Program-made: the position numbers and the translations under genes | In this document: one piece after another, positions 49,112 through 59,139 of the stretch | How positions within the stretch are numbered: position 1 is the first letter of the stretch | Layout: each line of letters begins with the position of its first letter | Origin: a virus | Virus record (IMG/VR): IMGVR_UViG_3300025450_000020 | Location: 18,186 to 82,185 of that record | Reading direction: 5' to 3' (one strand) | DNA: 64,000 nt | Notes under the pieces: model-generated | What the model was told of the DNA's origin: nothing | Database searches by the model: none | The model's input: the letters and a program-made list of their open reading frames with translations, nothing else

Positions 49112-49789
49112 ATGGGTATCGTAACAGGTTTGTCAGCAATGACAAAGCAAATGGAAAACAAAGCTGCATCAGGTGATGCACAAAAGGGAAGATGGCTACA
49201 GCTTAAAGATGGCCAATCACTAAAAATCCGCTTCATGCAAGAAATTGATCCAGACTCAAAGAATTATATTCAAGAGGCTGGCTTGGCTTTCATTGCGGTA
49301 GAGCACACAAATCCAAAGGATTACAAGCGTAAGGCACTTTGCACAATTGAAGACCAGGGTCGTTGCTTCGGATGCGAACAGCATCGTCGTGACCCAAAGG
49401 CTGGTTGGAAGGGTCGTTCACGATTCTACGCAAATGTCCTTGTTGATGATGGTTCGGAAGACCCATACATCGCAATCTTTTCTCAGGGTGCAGGTCCAAA
49501 GTCTGCAACTCCAGAGATTATCAACTATGCAGGCGAGACAGGCAGTATTTCCAACTTGACTTGGAAGTTAAAGCGTACTGGCACTGCAACTGATACTAAC
49601 TACTCTATCATTCCACTTCCAACTGCAGATGTTCCTCCAGTTGATTTGGAAAAGTATGAATTGTTTGACCTCCAGAAGTCAGCAGTTCGTGATGTTCCTT
49701 ACGAGGAGCAAGAGAATTTCTACTTGGGAATCACCTCAGATTCTTCAGAAGAGTCTCTTCAATCAACATCATCAGCGGTAGAGTGGTAA
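49112..49789 (+). CDS. Single-stranded DNA-binding protein (gp32-like)
   Basis: LKDGQSLKIRF, C..CFGC, KRTGTATDTNY, acidic C-terminal tail. Confidence 0.7.
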   Translation: MGIVTGLSAMTKQMENKAASGDAQKGRWLQLKDGQSLKIRFMQEIDPDSKNYIQEAGLAFIAVEHTNPKDYKRKALCTIEDQGRCFGCEQHRRDPKAGWKGRSRFYANVLVDDGSEDPYIAIFSQGAGPKSATPEIINYAGETGSISNLTWKLKRTGTATDTNYSIIPLPTADVPPVDLEKYELFDLQKSAVRDVPYEEQENFYLGITSDSSEESLQSTSSAVEW

Positions 49790-49800
49790 GAATCTAAACA

Positions 49801-52800
49801 ATGAAATTTGCCCACCTTCACGTTCATTCGCATTACTCGCTTATGGATGGCCTCAACACGCCTCATGAGCTTCTTGAAGCTGCAAAGAAGGCTGGGCAAA
49901 AATCATTAGCAATAACTGACCATGGAACATTGTCATCTCACAGAGATATGCAAATCGCCGCTAAAGAATTAGGCATGAAGCCTATACTCGGTCTAGAAGC
50001 TTATATCTCGGCTACAGACCGTTTTGATAAAAGAGCAGTGGCAAAACGAGATGACAATACTTCCTTGTACAACCACATTATCCTTCTAGCTAAGGATGAT
50101 TTGGGATTAAAGAATTTGCAAAAGCTATCTCAGATTGCATGGACAGAAGGATACTATCACAAGCCCCGCATTGATATTGATGCACTTTGGGAGTTTGGTG
50201 ACGGTATAATTGTAGTATCAGGATGTATGAATGGTCTTATCTCTAAAGCAATTGAGCGGGGAGATAACGATAAGGCAAGAGAATATGTCAAGATGTTCAA
50301 GAACCGTTTTGGCAAAGACTTTTATATTGAAGTTCAAGCACATAATCCTGAGAGTTTAAACACAGCTCTGCTTGCATTAGCAGATGAATTTGGGGTGAAG
50401 CCAGTTGCTACGGGAGATTGTCATTTTGCAAAGAAAGAGGAGAGGGATCTGGAAGAACTCCTCCTTATATTATCAACTAAGCCCACGCAGAACAAAGATG
50501 CGGACTATACTAGTGGTCGTTCCTATAGGAATGTTATTGACCGCTTTGACCACTTATATCCTGACCGCCCAATTAGTTTCGCCGATATTAATGTTTATAT
50601 CCAGTCGTATGATGAAATCAAGGCGGATTTTGAGAATGCAGGCATTACCAGAACAGATATCTACGAGTCATCAATAGAAATTTCCGATAAGGTTGAGGCA
50701 TATGACTTTCACGAAAACCTTGACCTGCTCCCAGTACCAAAAAAGAATGCATTAAAAACACTCAAAGAAATGTGTGACAAGTCTCTAGTAGAAATGGGAT
50801 TAGACAATGAGACATACAGAGAACGGCTCCAAGAAGAACTTCAAGTCATCGCTGATAAAAATTTTGCTAGTTACTTCCTTGTTGTTGGCGATATGGTGGG
50901 TTGGGCAAAAGAAAACCAAATCATGGTTGGCCCAGGACGAGGATCCGCTGCTGGATCTTTAGTTTGTTATCTATTGGGTATTACTGATGTAGACCCAATT
51001 AAGTTTGACCTTTTGTTTTTCCGATTTATTAACCCTGAACGTAATGACTTTCCAGATATTGATACAGACTTTATGGACCGTCGTCGTGGTGAAGTAAAAG
51101 ATTATCTGAAGAAGAAGTTTAAGCACGTTGCATCTATCTCAACTTATACTTACTTTAAAGATAAGGGTGTTATTCGTGACGTAGCTCGTGCCTTCTTGGT
51201 ACCACTTGGTGAAGTAAATAAAGCCTTAAAAGGCGTTGAAACATTTGAAGAGTGGGAAGTTTCACCAAGCACTGCAGAGTTCAGAGATAAGTATCCAGAA
51301 GTTACAAAGTATGCTTCAATGTTGCGTGGTAAGATTCGTGGTAATGGTATGCATGCTGCGGGTGTTGTTGTAGCTAAAGATGACATCAGCAAGTATGTTC
51401 CAATTGAAACTCGCAAAGACCCAGATGATTCTGTATCAGGTCGTATCCCAGTAGTTGCATACGATATGGAACAAACTGCTGAACTTGGACTTATCAAGCT
51501 TGACGTACTTGGACTTAAAACTTTATCAGTTATTGATGATGCATTAAAGACGATTAAACATATCAGTAAAAAAACAATTAATCTTAAAGACATTAAACTT
51601 GATGACCCGAAAGTATATGAAATGCTTTCAAGTGGTTTTACAAAGGGCGTCTTTCAGGCAGAAGCAACTCCATATACCAATCTCCTCATGAAGATGGGCG
51701 TAAGCACATTTGAAGACCTTGCAGCATCTAACGCACTTGTTCGTCCAGGCGCTATGAATACTGTGGGTGGATCATATATTCGTCGTAAGAAAGGCGAAGA
51801 AATGGTTACTTACGCTCATCCAATCATGTATGAGTTTACGGAAAGAACATATGGTGTTATCATATACCAAGAGCAGGTTATGCAAGCCTGCGTTTATCTT
51901 GGCGGTATGACCTGGGCGGATGCAGATAAAGTCCGTAAGATTATCGGTAAGAAGAAAGATGCGAGTGAATTTGATGCTTACAAAGACCAGTTTATTCAAG
52001 GTGCGAGCAAGCATATTACAAGCGAGGATGCAAACAAATTATGGCATGACTTTGAAGCTCATGCGGGTTATTCCTTTAACCGTTCTCACGCTATTGCTTA
52101 CTCTATGCTGTCTTATTACACTGCTTGGCTTAAATGCTATTACCCTCTTGAGTTTATGTTTGCCATTCTCAAGAATGAAAAAGACAAGGATGCCAGGACG
52201 GATTATTTACTTGAGGCTAAGCGGTTGGGCATTAAAGTATTACTCCCGCATATCAACGAATCTGAGCTAGACTTCAGCATTCAGGGCAATTCAATTCGCT
52301 TTGGTTTGTCAAACATTAAGTATATTTCTGACAACATTGGTAACAAGATTATGAATCTTCGTCCATTTAAATCATACTCAGACTTTACAGAGAAGGCGGG
52401 AGTCAAGGGTAGCGGTATCAATTCAAGAGCTATAGACTCTCTTAATACAATTGGTGCTGCAGCATTTCCAGACAATCCCCGCAAGGGCACAGAGAATGAA
52501 AAGCTGTATGAGTATCTAGGCATTCCTAAATTTGATACAGGCAAGCTAAGCCCCGCTATTAAGGCTCAGGTTAATCCGCTTGAAGATTTCCTAGAAGAGG
52601 GCTGTTTCGTCCTTCTAGCCATGGTTAAATCCATTAAAAAGGGTCCTACATGGGCACGTATAGAACTTGTTGATGACACAGGTTCGGTGGGAATCTTCCA
52701 TGAGGTCAATACAAAGATTGAACCAGGAATGATGTATTTCTTCTTAGTAGGAGATAACCGTATTCACAAGTACGTAACAATTGATGAAGTTGTTGAAAAG

Positions 52801-53073
52801 ACTGACGATCCATTTGTTCAATGGCTTTACAAAGATAAACTAAAGATTGATGACGGAAAGATGCTTGTACTTGATTTTACACATTACAAGACAAAGGCAA
52901 ATAAGATGATGGCTCATATTATTTTGTCTGATGCAGACAAGAATCTTGAGCGAGTAATTGCATTTCCTAAGCTATATGCCAAAGCTCTAGGAAAGATGCA
53001 GCCAGGAAAGATTTGTGACCCCGCAATTTCCAAAATGGAAGACGGAACGTTATATGTAAAGGAGGTAGGTTAA
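49801..53073 (+). CDS. dnaE: DNA polymerase III alpha subunit (family C)
   Basis: PHP HLHVHSHYSLMDG/TDHG, GRGSAAGSL, FPDIDTDF, HAAGVV, KLDVLGL, YSFNRSHA; no intein. Confidence 0.97.
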   Translation: MKFAHLHVHSHYSLMDGLNTPHELLEAAKKAGQKSLAITDHGTLSSHRDMQIAAKELGMKPILGLEAYISATDRFDKRAVAKRDDNTSLYNHIILLAKDDLGLKNLQKLSQIAWTEGYYHKPRIDIDALWEFGDGIIVVSGCMNGLISKAIERGDNDKAREYVKMFKNRFGKDFYIEVQAHNPESLNTALLALADEFGVKPVATGDCHFAKKEERDLEELLLILSTKPTQNKDADYTSGRSYRNVIDRFDHLYPDRPISFADINVYIQSYDEIKADFENAGITRTDIYESSIEISDKVEAYDFHENLDLLPVPKKNALKTLKEMCDKSLVEMGLDNETYRERLQEELQVIADKNFASYFLVVGDMVGWAKENQIMVGPGRGSAAGSLVCYLLGITDVDPIKFDLLFFRFINPERNDFPDIDTDFMDRRRGEVKDYLKKKFKHVASISTYTYFKDKGVIRDVARAFLVPLGEVNKALKGVETFEEWEVSPSTAEFRDKYPEVTKYASMLRGKIRGNGMHAAGVVVAKDDISKYVPIETRKDPDDSVSGRIPVVAYDMEQTAELGLIKLDVLGLKTLSVIDDALKTIKHISKKTINLKDIKLDDPKVYEMLSSGFTKGVFQAEATPYTNLLMKMGVSTFEDLAASNALVRPGAMNTVGGSYIRRKKGEEMVTYAHPIMYEFTERTYGVIIYQEQVMQACVYLGGMTWADADKVRKIIGKKKDASEFDAYKDQFIQGASKHITSEDANKLWHDFEAHAGYSFNRSHAIAYSMLSYYTAWLKCYYPLEFMFAILKNEKDKDARTDYLLEAKRLGIKVLLPHINESELDFSIQGNSIRFGLSNIKYISDNIGNKIMNLRPFKSYSDFTEKAGVKGSGINSRAIDSLNTIGAAAFPDNPRKGTENEKLYEYLGIPKFDTGKLSPAIKAQVNPLEDFLEEGCFVLLAMVKSIKKGPTWARIELVDDTGSVGIFHEVNTKIEPGMMYFFLVGDNRIHKYVTIDEVVEKTDDPFVQWLYKDKLKIDDGKMLVLDFTHYKTKANKMMAHIILSDADKNLERVIAFPKLYAKALGKMQPGKICDPAISKMEDGTLYVKEVG

Positions 53074-53273
53074 TGGAAGATAATGATTTGTCAAATGTAA
53101 ATATATCTATTGAACAAATTCTTGCAGCTATAATAAACCATTTTGGTACTATAGAGATTACAACAGAGGAATTGTTGAGTAATTATTCAAACAAGAATCT
53201 TGCTGTAACGCAGGATCCCGAGACAGCCAAGCTTAGATTTGAGCTTGCTGATAACCAAACAGAAACCGAATAA
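53073..53273 (+). CDS. Hypothetical protein
   Basis: SD AAGGAGG, TAATG coupling. Confidence 0.55.
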   Translation: MEDNDLSNVNISIEQILAAIINHFGTIEITTEELLSNYSNKNLAVTQDPETAKLRFELADNQTETE

Positions 53274-53293
53274 ATAGTGTATAATATAAGTAT

Positions 53294-53548
53294 ATGGCTC
53301 AGTCCTACATACTTAAAGGTACGGAGAACGAGTTCCTGTTAGTAATTAGAGCAGAGGACGAAAAAGCAATCTATAACATAATAGATTTATTAGTGACCAG
53401 TCGTAATGAACAGATTAAAGAGTTAGCAATAGAGTTAGAGAAGAGTTTACATGATAACGGAAGAGATTCTAGCAAAGCTAGACCCAAAAACAAGAGCAAG
53501 ACTACAACTAGCAACAACAGTAAGCGTAGAAAAACAAAAGACGCCTAG
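53294..53548 (+). CDS. Hypothetical protein (overlaps recA start)
   Basis: TATAAT 8 nt upstream; 3' 98 nt overlap recA. Confidence 0.45.
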   Translation: MAQSYILKGTENEFLLVIRAEDEKAIYNIIDLLVTSRNEQIKELAIELEKSLHDNGRDSSKARPKNKSKTTTSNNSKRRKTKDA

Positions 53549-54449
53549 CATTGGCTTAACAATGGGACTCAAAGGCGGATTAGGCTTTGGTCGCCAAATC
53601 CTTATCTGGGGAAATAAGTCTGCTGGTAAATCTTCATTCTGCTTACAAATGATTGGTCAAGCTCAAAAAGAAGGCAAGACTTGTGCTTGGATTGATGCAG
53701 AAGCATCGTATGACCCAGCTTGGGCTGCCAGATTAGGCGTAGATTCAGAAAAGCTAATTTATTCACCCGCTAAATCTATCAATGACATGGTAGATGTTGC
53801 ACAGCAACTTATGGAGGCGGGAGTAGATATTATTGTTGTAGATTCTATCTCAGCATTACTTCCTGCCATTTACTTTGAGAAAGATAGTTCCGATCTAAAG
53901 AAATTGGAAGATACCAAGCAGATTGGTGCTGAAGCAAAGGATATGACACATGCAGTCAAAATGCTTAACTATGCAAACAAAAATACGCTACTCGTTCTTA
54001 TCTCTCAACAGAGAAACCAGTTTGGATCTATGCATGCAAGCCATATCCCAACAGGAGGAATGGCTGTTAAGTTTTTCTCCAGCACCGTTATCAAGCTCTG
54101 GGCATCAGAAGCTGATGCAAATGCTATTAAGTCTGGAATCCAAGTTGGTGACAAAATTATTGAACAAAAGGTGGGAAGGCCAGTCAACTGGATTATTGAC
54201 TACAACAAAACTGGACCAATGGGGTTATCGGGTCAGTATGACTTCTATTTTCAAGGCGATAAAGTTGGAGTTGATGCTGTCGGAGAAATCCTAGATACTG
54301 CAGAAATGATGGGTATTGTGCAAAAAGGCGGTGCTTGGTACACTGTTAATGAAGAAAGATTCCAGGGTCGTGCAAAGGCTGTAGAGTACCTTAGAGACAA
54401 CCCTAAAGTAGCGGATAAGATTAAGGAAGAGATATATGACAAGTCTTGA
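53451..54449 (+). CDS. recA: RecA/UvsX-like recombinase
   Basis: GNKSAGKS Walker A, WIDAE, VVDSISAL, PTGG..KFFSS, GAWY, QGRAK. Confidence 0.92.
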   Translation: MITEEILAKLDPKTRARLQLATTVSVEKQKTPSIGLTMGLKGGLGFGRQILIWGNKSAGKSSFCLQMIGQAQKEGKTCAWIDAEASYDPAWAARLGVDSEKLIYSPAKSINDMVDVAQQLMEAGVDIIVVDSISALLPAIYFEKDSSDLKKLEDTKQIGAEAKDMTHAVKMLNYANKNTLLVLISQQRNQFGSMHASHIPTGGMAVKFFSSTVIKLWASEADANAIKSGIQVGDKIIEQKVGRPVNWIIDYNKTGPMGLSGQYDFYFQGDKVGVDAVGEILDTAEMMGIVQKGGAWYTVNEERFQGRAKAVEYLRDNPKVADKIKEEIYDKS

Positions 54450-54633
54450 AAATTTTCTTAAAGGCAATAAAAAAGTAGAGCCACCATTGCAATCAATGGA
54501 GCCAGCCAGCGGTTCTTTTGCATGCCAAAATAAAGAATGCAACGAAGTTGTTTATGAAGGTTATGTTGATAGAGCACACAATAAGTTGAAGTGGATTTGC
54601 AGTCAAGGACATGATTCAGCGGTAAGCATCTAA
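54436..54633 (+). CDS. Small zinc-binding protein
   Basis: CQNKEC...WICSQGH. Confidence 0.55.
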   Translation: MTSLENFLKGNKKVEPPLQSMEPASGSFACQNKECNEVVYEGYVDRAHNKLKWICSQGHDSAVSI

Positions 54634-54941
54634 TGTCAGAGCGTGGAGAAATAAAACGTGACGGAGCTAAAGGACAGAAAAATTCTGGTCGTGGCGATTA
54701 CCAAAAGGGAGACGCTCAGTGGCATAATTTTGTGGTTGATTATAAAGAGTATGAGAAGTCAATCTCTATATCAAAAGCTATTTGGGCTAAAATTTGTACA
54801 GACACTTTTAAGGTGGATAGGAATAAGAGCCCAGTTCTCAAGCTCATACTTGGTGGAGAAGGCTCTAAAACTAGACTTGCAGTAATTGAATGGGCATTGT
54901 TAGAACAATTGATAGAGTGTTGGGAGACACATAATGATTGA
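54633..54941 (+). CDS. Hjc-like PD-(D/E)XK Holliday junction resolvase
   Basis: E...NSGRG..KGD...VDYKE. Confidence 0.6.
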   Translation: MSERGEIKRDGAKGQKNSGRGDYQKGDAQWHNFVVDYKEYEKSISISKAIWAKICTDTFKVDRNKSPVLKLILGGEGSKTRLAVIEWALLEQLIECWETHND

Positions 54942-55116
54942 AGATCAAGACTTAGACGAGTTTCAAATTTGGTTTAGTAATGGTGTAGAGCGTGGTTGGA
55001 TTACTCCACCATTTTGTGCTACTCATGATGGAATACCTTCAATTTCTGAAGAGGAAGAAGAAGAATGGGAAGCAGGCGGAGACCCATGTCAGTTTGTAGT
55101 TAGGATTCTTGAATGA
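54934..55116 (+). CDS. Hypothetical protein
   Basis: GWI...CATHDG...EEWEAGGDPC motif. Confidence 0.6.
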   Translation: MIEDQDLDEFQIWFSNGVERGWITPPFCATHDGIPSISEEEEEEWEAGGDPCQFVVRILE

Positions 55117-55439
55117 CAGAAAAACCAGTTATTGAATTAATCAGCGAACTAACAGAGTTCAATGATATGAAGACATATATGAGTGACCCAGACCTTGACT
55201 ATGCTCTTGACTTGATTATTAAGCTTATTGCTAAGCCTGATGTGCCTTCATCCAAAATTCCCGACCTTATTGTTAAAATGCAGGCTTTGTCTGCTAAGTT
55301 TGCAATGATGTCACGCTACTACACCACCTTTGAAAAAGGCGGGGAGAATTCTAAGAAGAAGAACGTATATTACACTGCTGAAGAAGCAATAGACAAGCTT
55401 GTTGCAGCATTGAAATATTCAATGAAAGGTAATTATTAG
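55113..55439 (+). CDS. Hypothetical helical protein
   Basis: Coupled ORF in the recombination block. Confidence 0.6.
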   Translation: MTEKPVIELISELTEFNDMKTYMSDPDLDYALDLIIKLIAKPDVPSSKIPDLIVKMQALSAKFAMMSRYYTTFEKGGENSKKKNVYYTAEEAIDKLVAALKYSMKGNY

Positions 55440-55468
55440 AACACTTGAGTGTGTGATATAATAAACAT

Positions 55469-56047
55469 ATGAAACCACACAACAAGCTTCCAGAACCAGA
55501 AATTGGTCAAATTTTTGAAGGTTGGACTGTTATAGAAATTGGTCAGTGGCAGTCAAAAACCCCTAACTCGTTCTATAAGTCAGAGCATTATTGTGGAAAT
55601 ACAAGAAAATTTACAGCATCTCAATTATGGTCTAAAAAATTTAAGCCTTGTAAAAAATGTGAAGCAAGGGTTGCATATAGAAAAAACCATAAAGATATAA
55701 TTTTAAACAATATTTATAGGCAATATAAATGGAGTGCCAAAAAAAGAGGTCATTCATTTAATTTATCTAAAGAGGAATTTAATAAAATTGTTTTTATGAA
55801 TTGTTCGTATTGCGGTGATGAGCCAAATCAGAAAAGAAGCATAACTGAAAAATTAAGAAGTGTTCACCATAAAGATGAATATATTTTAATTAATGGAATT
55901 GATAGAATTGATAATTCTATAGGTTATGAATTTAAAAATTGTACCCCATGTTGTTTTGTTTGTAATAAAGCTAAAAGCACCATGACTATAAAAGAATGGA
56001 ATGATATGGTTTTAAAATGGAGTAGAATGGCAAAGATAAATGGGTAG
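55469..56047 (+). CDS. Free-standing HNH-type homing endonuclease
   Basis: AKKRG..FNLS, CSYCG, NGIDRIDNSIGY..NCTPCC..CNKAK; markedly AT-rich. Confidence 0.8.
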   Translation: MKPHNKLPEPEIGQIFEGWTVIEIGQWQSKTPNSFYKSEHYCGNTRKFTASQLWSKKFKPCKKCEARVAYRKNHKDIILNNIYRQYKWSAKKRGHSFNLSKEEFNKIVFMNCSYCGDEPNQKRSITEKLRSVHHKDEYILINGIDRIDNSIGYEFKNCTPCCFVCNKAKSTMTIKEWNDMVLKWSRMAKING

Positions 56048-56825
56048 AGAGCTAATAGCAAACCTAAAGTTTCAAAAGATGGTTGTGCCAGATGGTTTTG
56101 ATCCAATTAAATTTGCAGAAATGTATGAGGAGGCAGTATTAAGTGAAAAAAGACCAAATGAATTTACCCAAAAGAAAACTTTTGCTCCTAGTTCTGTTGG
56201 CTATGGTAACGGTAACTGTCCTAGATATTGGTTCATTGCTTTTACTGGTGCTGAGTTTGAAAATGAAACCGATGCTATGGGCGTCTCTAATATGGATAAT
56301 GGTACGTATGTCCATGATCGGATACAGAAAAACTTTGCTAAAACAGCAGTCTTCAAAGCAAATGAAGTTGAAATTACCCACGATGATCCGCCAATTAGAG
56401 GATTTGCAGACACAATTATAGAATGGAATGGCAAAGAAGTAATTGGTGAAGTAAAATCTGCCAAGCAAGAAATTTTTGATATCAGACAAGCAGAGATGCA
56501 AGGTCTTCCATATCATAAAGTTCAGCTTTTGCATTACATGAAAATCCGTGGGGCAGAGCAAGGTTTCTTTTTTTATGAGAATAAAAATGACAACAGTTTT
56601 CTTGTTATACCAATTAATATGGATGAAAAGAATACAGACTTGATTAATGGAGTTTGGGATTGGATGCGTAAAGTATATGCTGCCTATGAAGCTGGAACTT
56701 TGCCAGAAAGAACATTTACTAAATCGCAGTGGGCATGTAAGGGATGCCCTGTCAAGAAAGTTTGCTGGGCAGATAAAAAAGATTTAGGTGAAGTTTATAT
56801 AGAACCTTTGGTGCTTGAAAAATGA
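56040..56825 (+). CDS. Cas4-like PD-(D/E)XK exonuclease
   Basis: CPR, GTYVHDRIQ, GFAD..EVKS, QLLHY, CKGCPVKKVC (Fe-S cysteines). Confidence 0.85.
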   Translation: MGRELIANLKFQKMVVPDGFDPIKFAEMYEEAVLSEKRPNEFTQKKTFAPSSVGYGNGNCPRYWFIAFTGAEFENETDAMGVSNMDNGTYVHDRIQKNFAKTAVFKANEVEITHDDPPIRGFADTIIEWNGKEVIGEVKSAKQEIFDIRQAEMQGLPYHKVQLLHYMKIRGAEQGFFFYENKNDNSFLVIPINMDEKNTDLINGVWDWMRKVYAAYEAGTLPERTFTKSQWACKGCPVKKVCWADKKDLGEVYIEPLVLEK

Positions 56826-57109
56826 TATGTGCTTACGAAGAGTGCGGTAAAGATTTTACACCTAAAACACACAATCAAAAATATTGTTCTGATGAATGCT
56901 GTCGTACTGCAACTAATGCAAAATTAAAGCAAGCATATTATGACAAAAAAGCTAGGCTAGCGGGCAAGCAAAGAATTTGTAAATCAAAAGGCTGTAACGT
57001 AATCCTTAGTAGATATAATGAAACTAATATATGTGATAAGTGCGTAAGTGCTAAAAAAGAAGAAGAGCGAAAACAGCTTGTAGAAATGGTAAAACGTGTC
57101 TCTGGCTAA
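56822..57109 (+). CDS. Zinc-finger protein
   Basis: CAYEECGKDF..KTHNQKYCSDECC...CKSKGC...CDKC. Confidence 0.65.
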   Translation: MICAYEECGKDFTPKTHNQKYCSDECCRTATNAKLKQAYYDKKARLAGKQRICKSKGCNVILSRYNETNICDKCVSAKKEEERKQLVEMVKRVSG

Positions 57110-57653
57110 ATTAGTTCGTCCAACTGCACATAAAGTTTTGGGGATAGATGCCAGCACAAATAGCATCGCCTTTTGCTTAATGTCTGAAAAGAAACCTGTT
57201 AAATGGGGAGAAATCACATTTGAAGGTTCTGATGTCTATGAAAGAATACTTGACGCAAAACGTAAGATGAAAGCTTTTAAAAACGAACTTGACACTGATT
57301 TTGTTGTAATAGAAGCTGCCATTTCTGTAAGATCAGTTGCAACGGGAATGAAGATGGCATACGTATTCGGTGCTATAATGGGAGAGTTACTTAGTGATAA
57401 TGTTCAGGTTGTTGAAGTTCATCCCATAACCTGGCAATCTTACTTAGGCAACAAAAATTTTACAAAAGCTGAAAAGCAGGCGGTTAAAGATGAATTTCCA
57501 GGAAAGTCTGAAAACTGGTACAAGGCAAAAATCAGAGACATTAGAAAGTCTAGGACGATTGACTTTGCGAGAACATTGGGCGTTGACACTGAAAATGATA
57601 ATGTCGCTGATGCGGCGGGGATAGCATGGTATGCAGTTAATGAAGTTGTGTGA
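57096..57653 (+). CDS. RuvC-like resolvase
   Basis: VLGIDAST, VVIE, P.TWQ, DNVADAAGI. Confidence 0.8.
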   Translation: MSLAKLVRPTAHKVLGIDASTNSIAFCLMSEKKPVKWGEITFEGSDVYERILDAKRKMKAFKNELDTDFVVIEAAISVRSVATGMKMAYVFGAIMGELLSDNVQVVEVHPITWQSYLGNKNFTKAEKQAVKDEFPGKSENWYKAKIRDIRKSRTIDFARTLGVDTENDNVADAAGIAWYAVNEVV

Positions 57654-57662
57654 GGAGGTATA

Positions 57663-57836
57663 ATGGCTAAAAGTACAAAACTTTGGGAGAGCAAAGAGTG
57701 GGTAATGAAAAGATATGTTACCGAAAAGAAAACTGTTCTTCAAATGGCTATGGAAGCTAAATGCTCTCATATGACAATTCAGCGGGCGTTAGAAAGATTT
57801 GATTTGATTAAGAAACCTAGAAAGTGGACTAAGTAG
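57663..57836 (+). CDS. Small HTH protein, not in ORF track
   Basis: SD GAGGAGG; MAKSTKLWESKEWVMKRYVTEKKTVLQMAMEAKCSHMTIQRALERFDLIKKPRKWTK. Confidence 0.6.
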   Translation: MAKSTKLWESKEWVMKRYVTEKKTVLQMAMEAKCSHMTIQRALERFDLIKKPRKWTK

Positions 57837-58489
57837 TGATACCAGTATTGATAATACCAGTATTAAATAGATATGATTTGTTGGATGAAAATCTAAATAC
57901 AATTGATTATCCAATAGAAGAAATTATAATTATAAATAATGGTAAGGAAGACTATGTTCCTAAGAGAGCAGATTTGAATGTAAGAGTTCTTAATCTCCCG
58001 TCCAATTTAGGAATGTCAGGTTCATGGAATTTAGGTATTAAGCTTTATCCATTTAAAGAATATTGGATGTATTCCTCCGCAGACACACATTGGATTCCAG
58101 GATCTCTTGAGCAACTTCATAATGCTAGTGATAAAGGCAAGCTTGTTATGACCACGGAAGGCTGGAGTGCATTTACAATTGGTGAAGATGTTGTAAGAAA
58201 TGTAGGATTATTTGATGAATACTATTACCCAATTTACTTTGAAGATAATGATTACTATGAAAGAATGATGCGTTCTTCAATTAAAGATGGATATGTCAAT
58301 GGTTCTATAGAAGTAAACGCACCCTTGGGACCTTCACAAACTATTAATAGCAACCCAGATCTTCTTAAAAGAAATCATGAAACATTTGTAAATAATGAGA
58401 TGTATTTTAATCTTAAAAAAGCAGAAAATTTTGTAGTAAATGGTGGATGGAATATTGATCGTAGACGGGCTCAAAATTGGCAGCTATAA
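57836..58489 (+). CDS. Glycosyltransferase family 2-like
   Basis: IIPVLNRYDLL, IIINNG, NLGMSGSWNLG, VGLFDE.YYP.YFEDNDY. Confidence 0.85.
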   Translation: MIPVLIIPVLNRYDLLDENLNTIDYPIEEIIIINNGKEDYVPKRADLNVRVLNLPSNLGMSGSWNLGIKLYPFKEYWMYSSADTHWIPGSLEQLHNASDKGKLVMTTEGWSAFTIGEDVVRNVGLFDEYYYPIYFEDNDYYERMMRSSIKDGYVNGSIEVNAPLGPSQTINSNPDLLKRNHETFVNNEMYFNLKKAENFVVNGGWNIDRRRAQNWQL

Positions 58490-59139
58490 TAGGATTACTA
58501 CCAGCTTCGGGTAGTGCTTCAAGACTTGGCGGGATTCCAAAGTTTTGTTTACCATTAACAGATAATCAAAACATGCTTCAATGGCATGTGGAGCAAATGT
58601 TAAAGGTATGCGATATTGTTAAAATATCTACAAGAAAAACATGGCTTCCAATTGTAAACCAAATGGACCTTCCACCCGAAGCTGTTGTTTATGAGATTGA
58701 GCCATCAACAATGTCTGATGCATTGTTAAAGATGATGGTAAACCCAGAATCTAAATATATAATTGGTATGCCTGATACCTATATGCCAGGATCAGATGGA
58801 GAATTCTATAGACAGTTAGCTGAATCAAAAGCAGATGTCACTTTGGCAGCTTTTGATTGTCACAAAGATTTAATGGGGCGGGTAGGTCAAATTAAGTTTA
58901 ATGAATTTGGTAATGTTATTGATGCTCTTGACAAGGATAAAGATTGTGAGTATCCTTATATGTGGGGAGCAATGTCAATACAAAATGTTTATATTGACGA
59001 AGAATTGCCAAATCCAGGTGTGCAGATAATGGACTGGGTTAATGAAGGAAAAGATGTAAAGGCGGTAGTCGCCAAAGGTAAGTACCTAGACATTGGTACT
59101 GTAAACGGTCTTAAAATGTTATATAGAGAGGAACTTTAG
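58477..59139 (+). CDS. Sugar-phosphate nucleotidyltransferase (RmlA/GalU-like fold)
   Basis: IGLLPASGSASRLGGIPKF.LP, GMPD, YLDIGT. Confidence 0.8.
   Translation: MAAIIGLLPASGSASRLGGIPKFCLPLTDNQNMLQWHVEQMLKVCDIVKISTRKTWLPIVNQMDLPPEAVVYEIEPSTMSDALLKMMVNPESKYIIGMPDTYMPGSDGEFYRQLAESKADVTLAAFDCHKDLMGRVGQIKFNEFGNVIDALDKDKDCEYPYMWGAMSIQNVYIDEELPNPGVQIMDWVNEGKDVKAVVAKGKYLDIGTVNGLKMLYREEL

Noticed and set aside
56040-56825. CRISPR-Cas locus or mini-array near the Cas4-like gene
   Set aside because: No repeat-spacer array or other cas genes seen; solo Cas4-like nucleases are common in phage replication modules.
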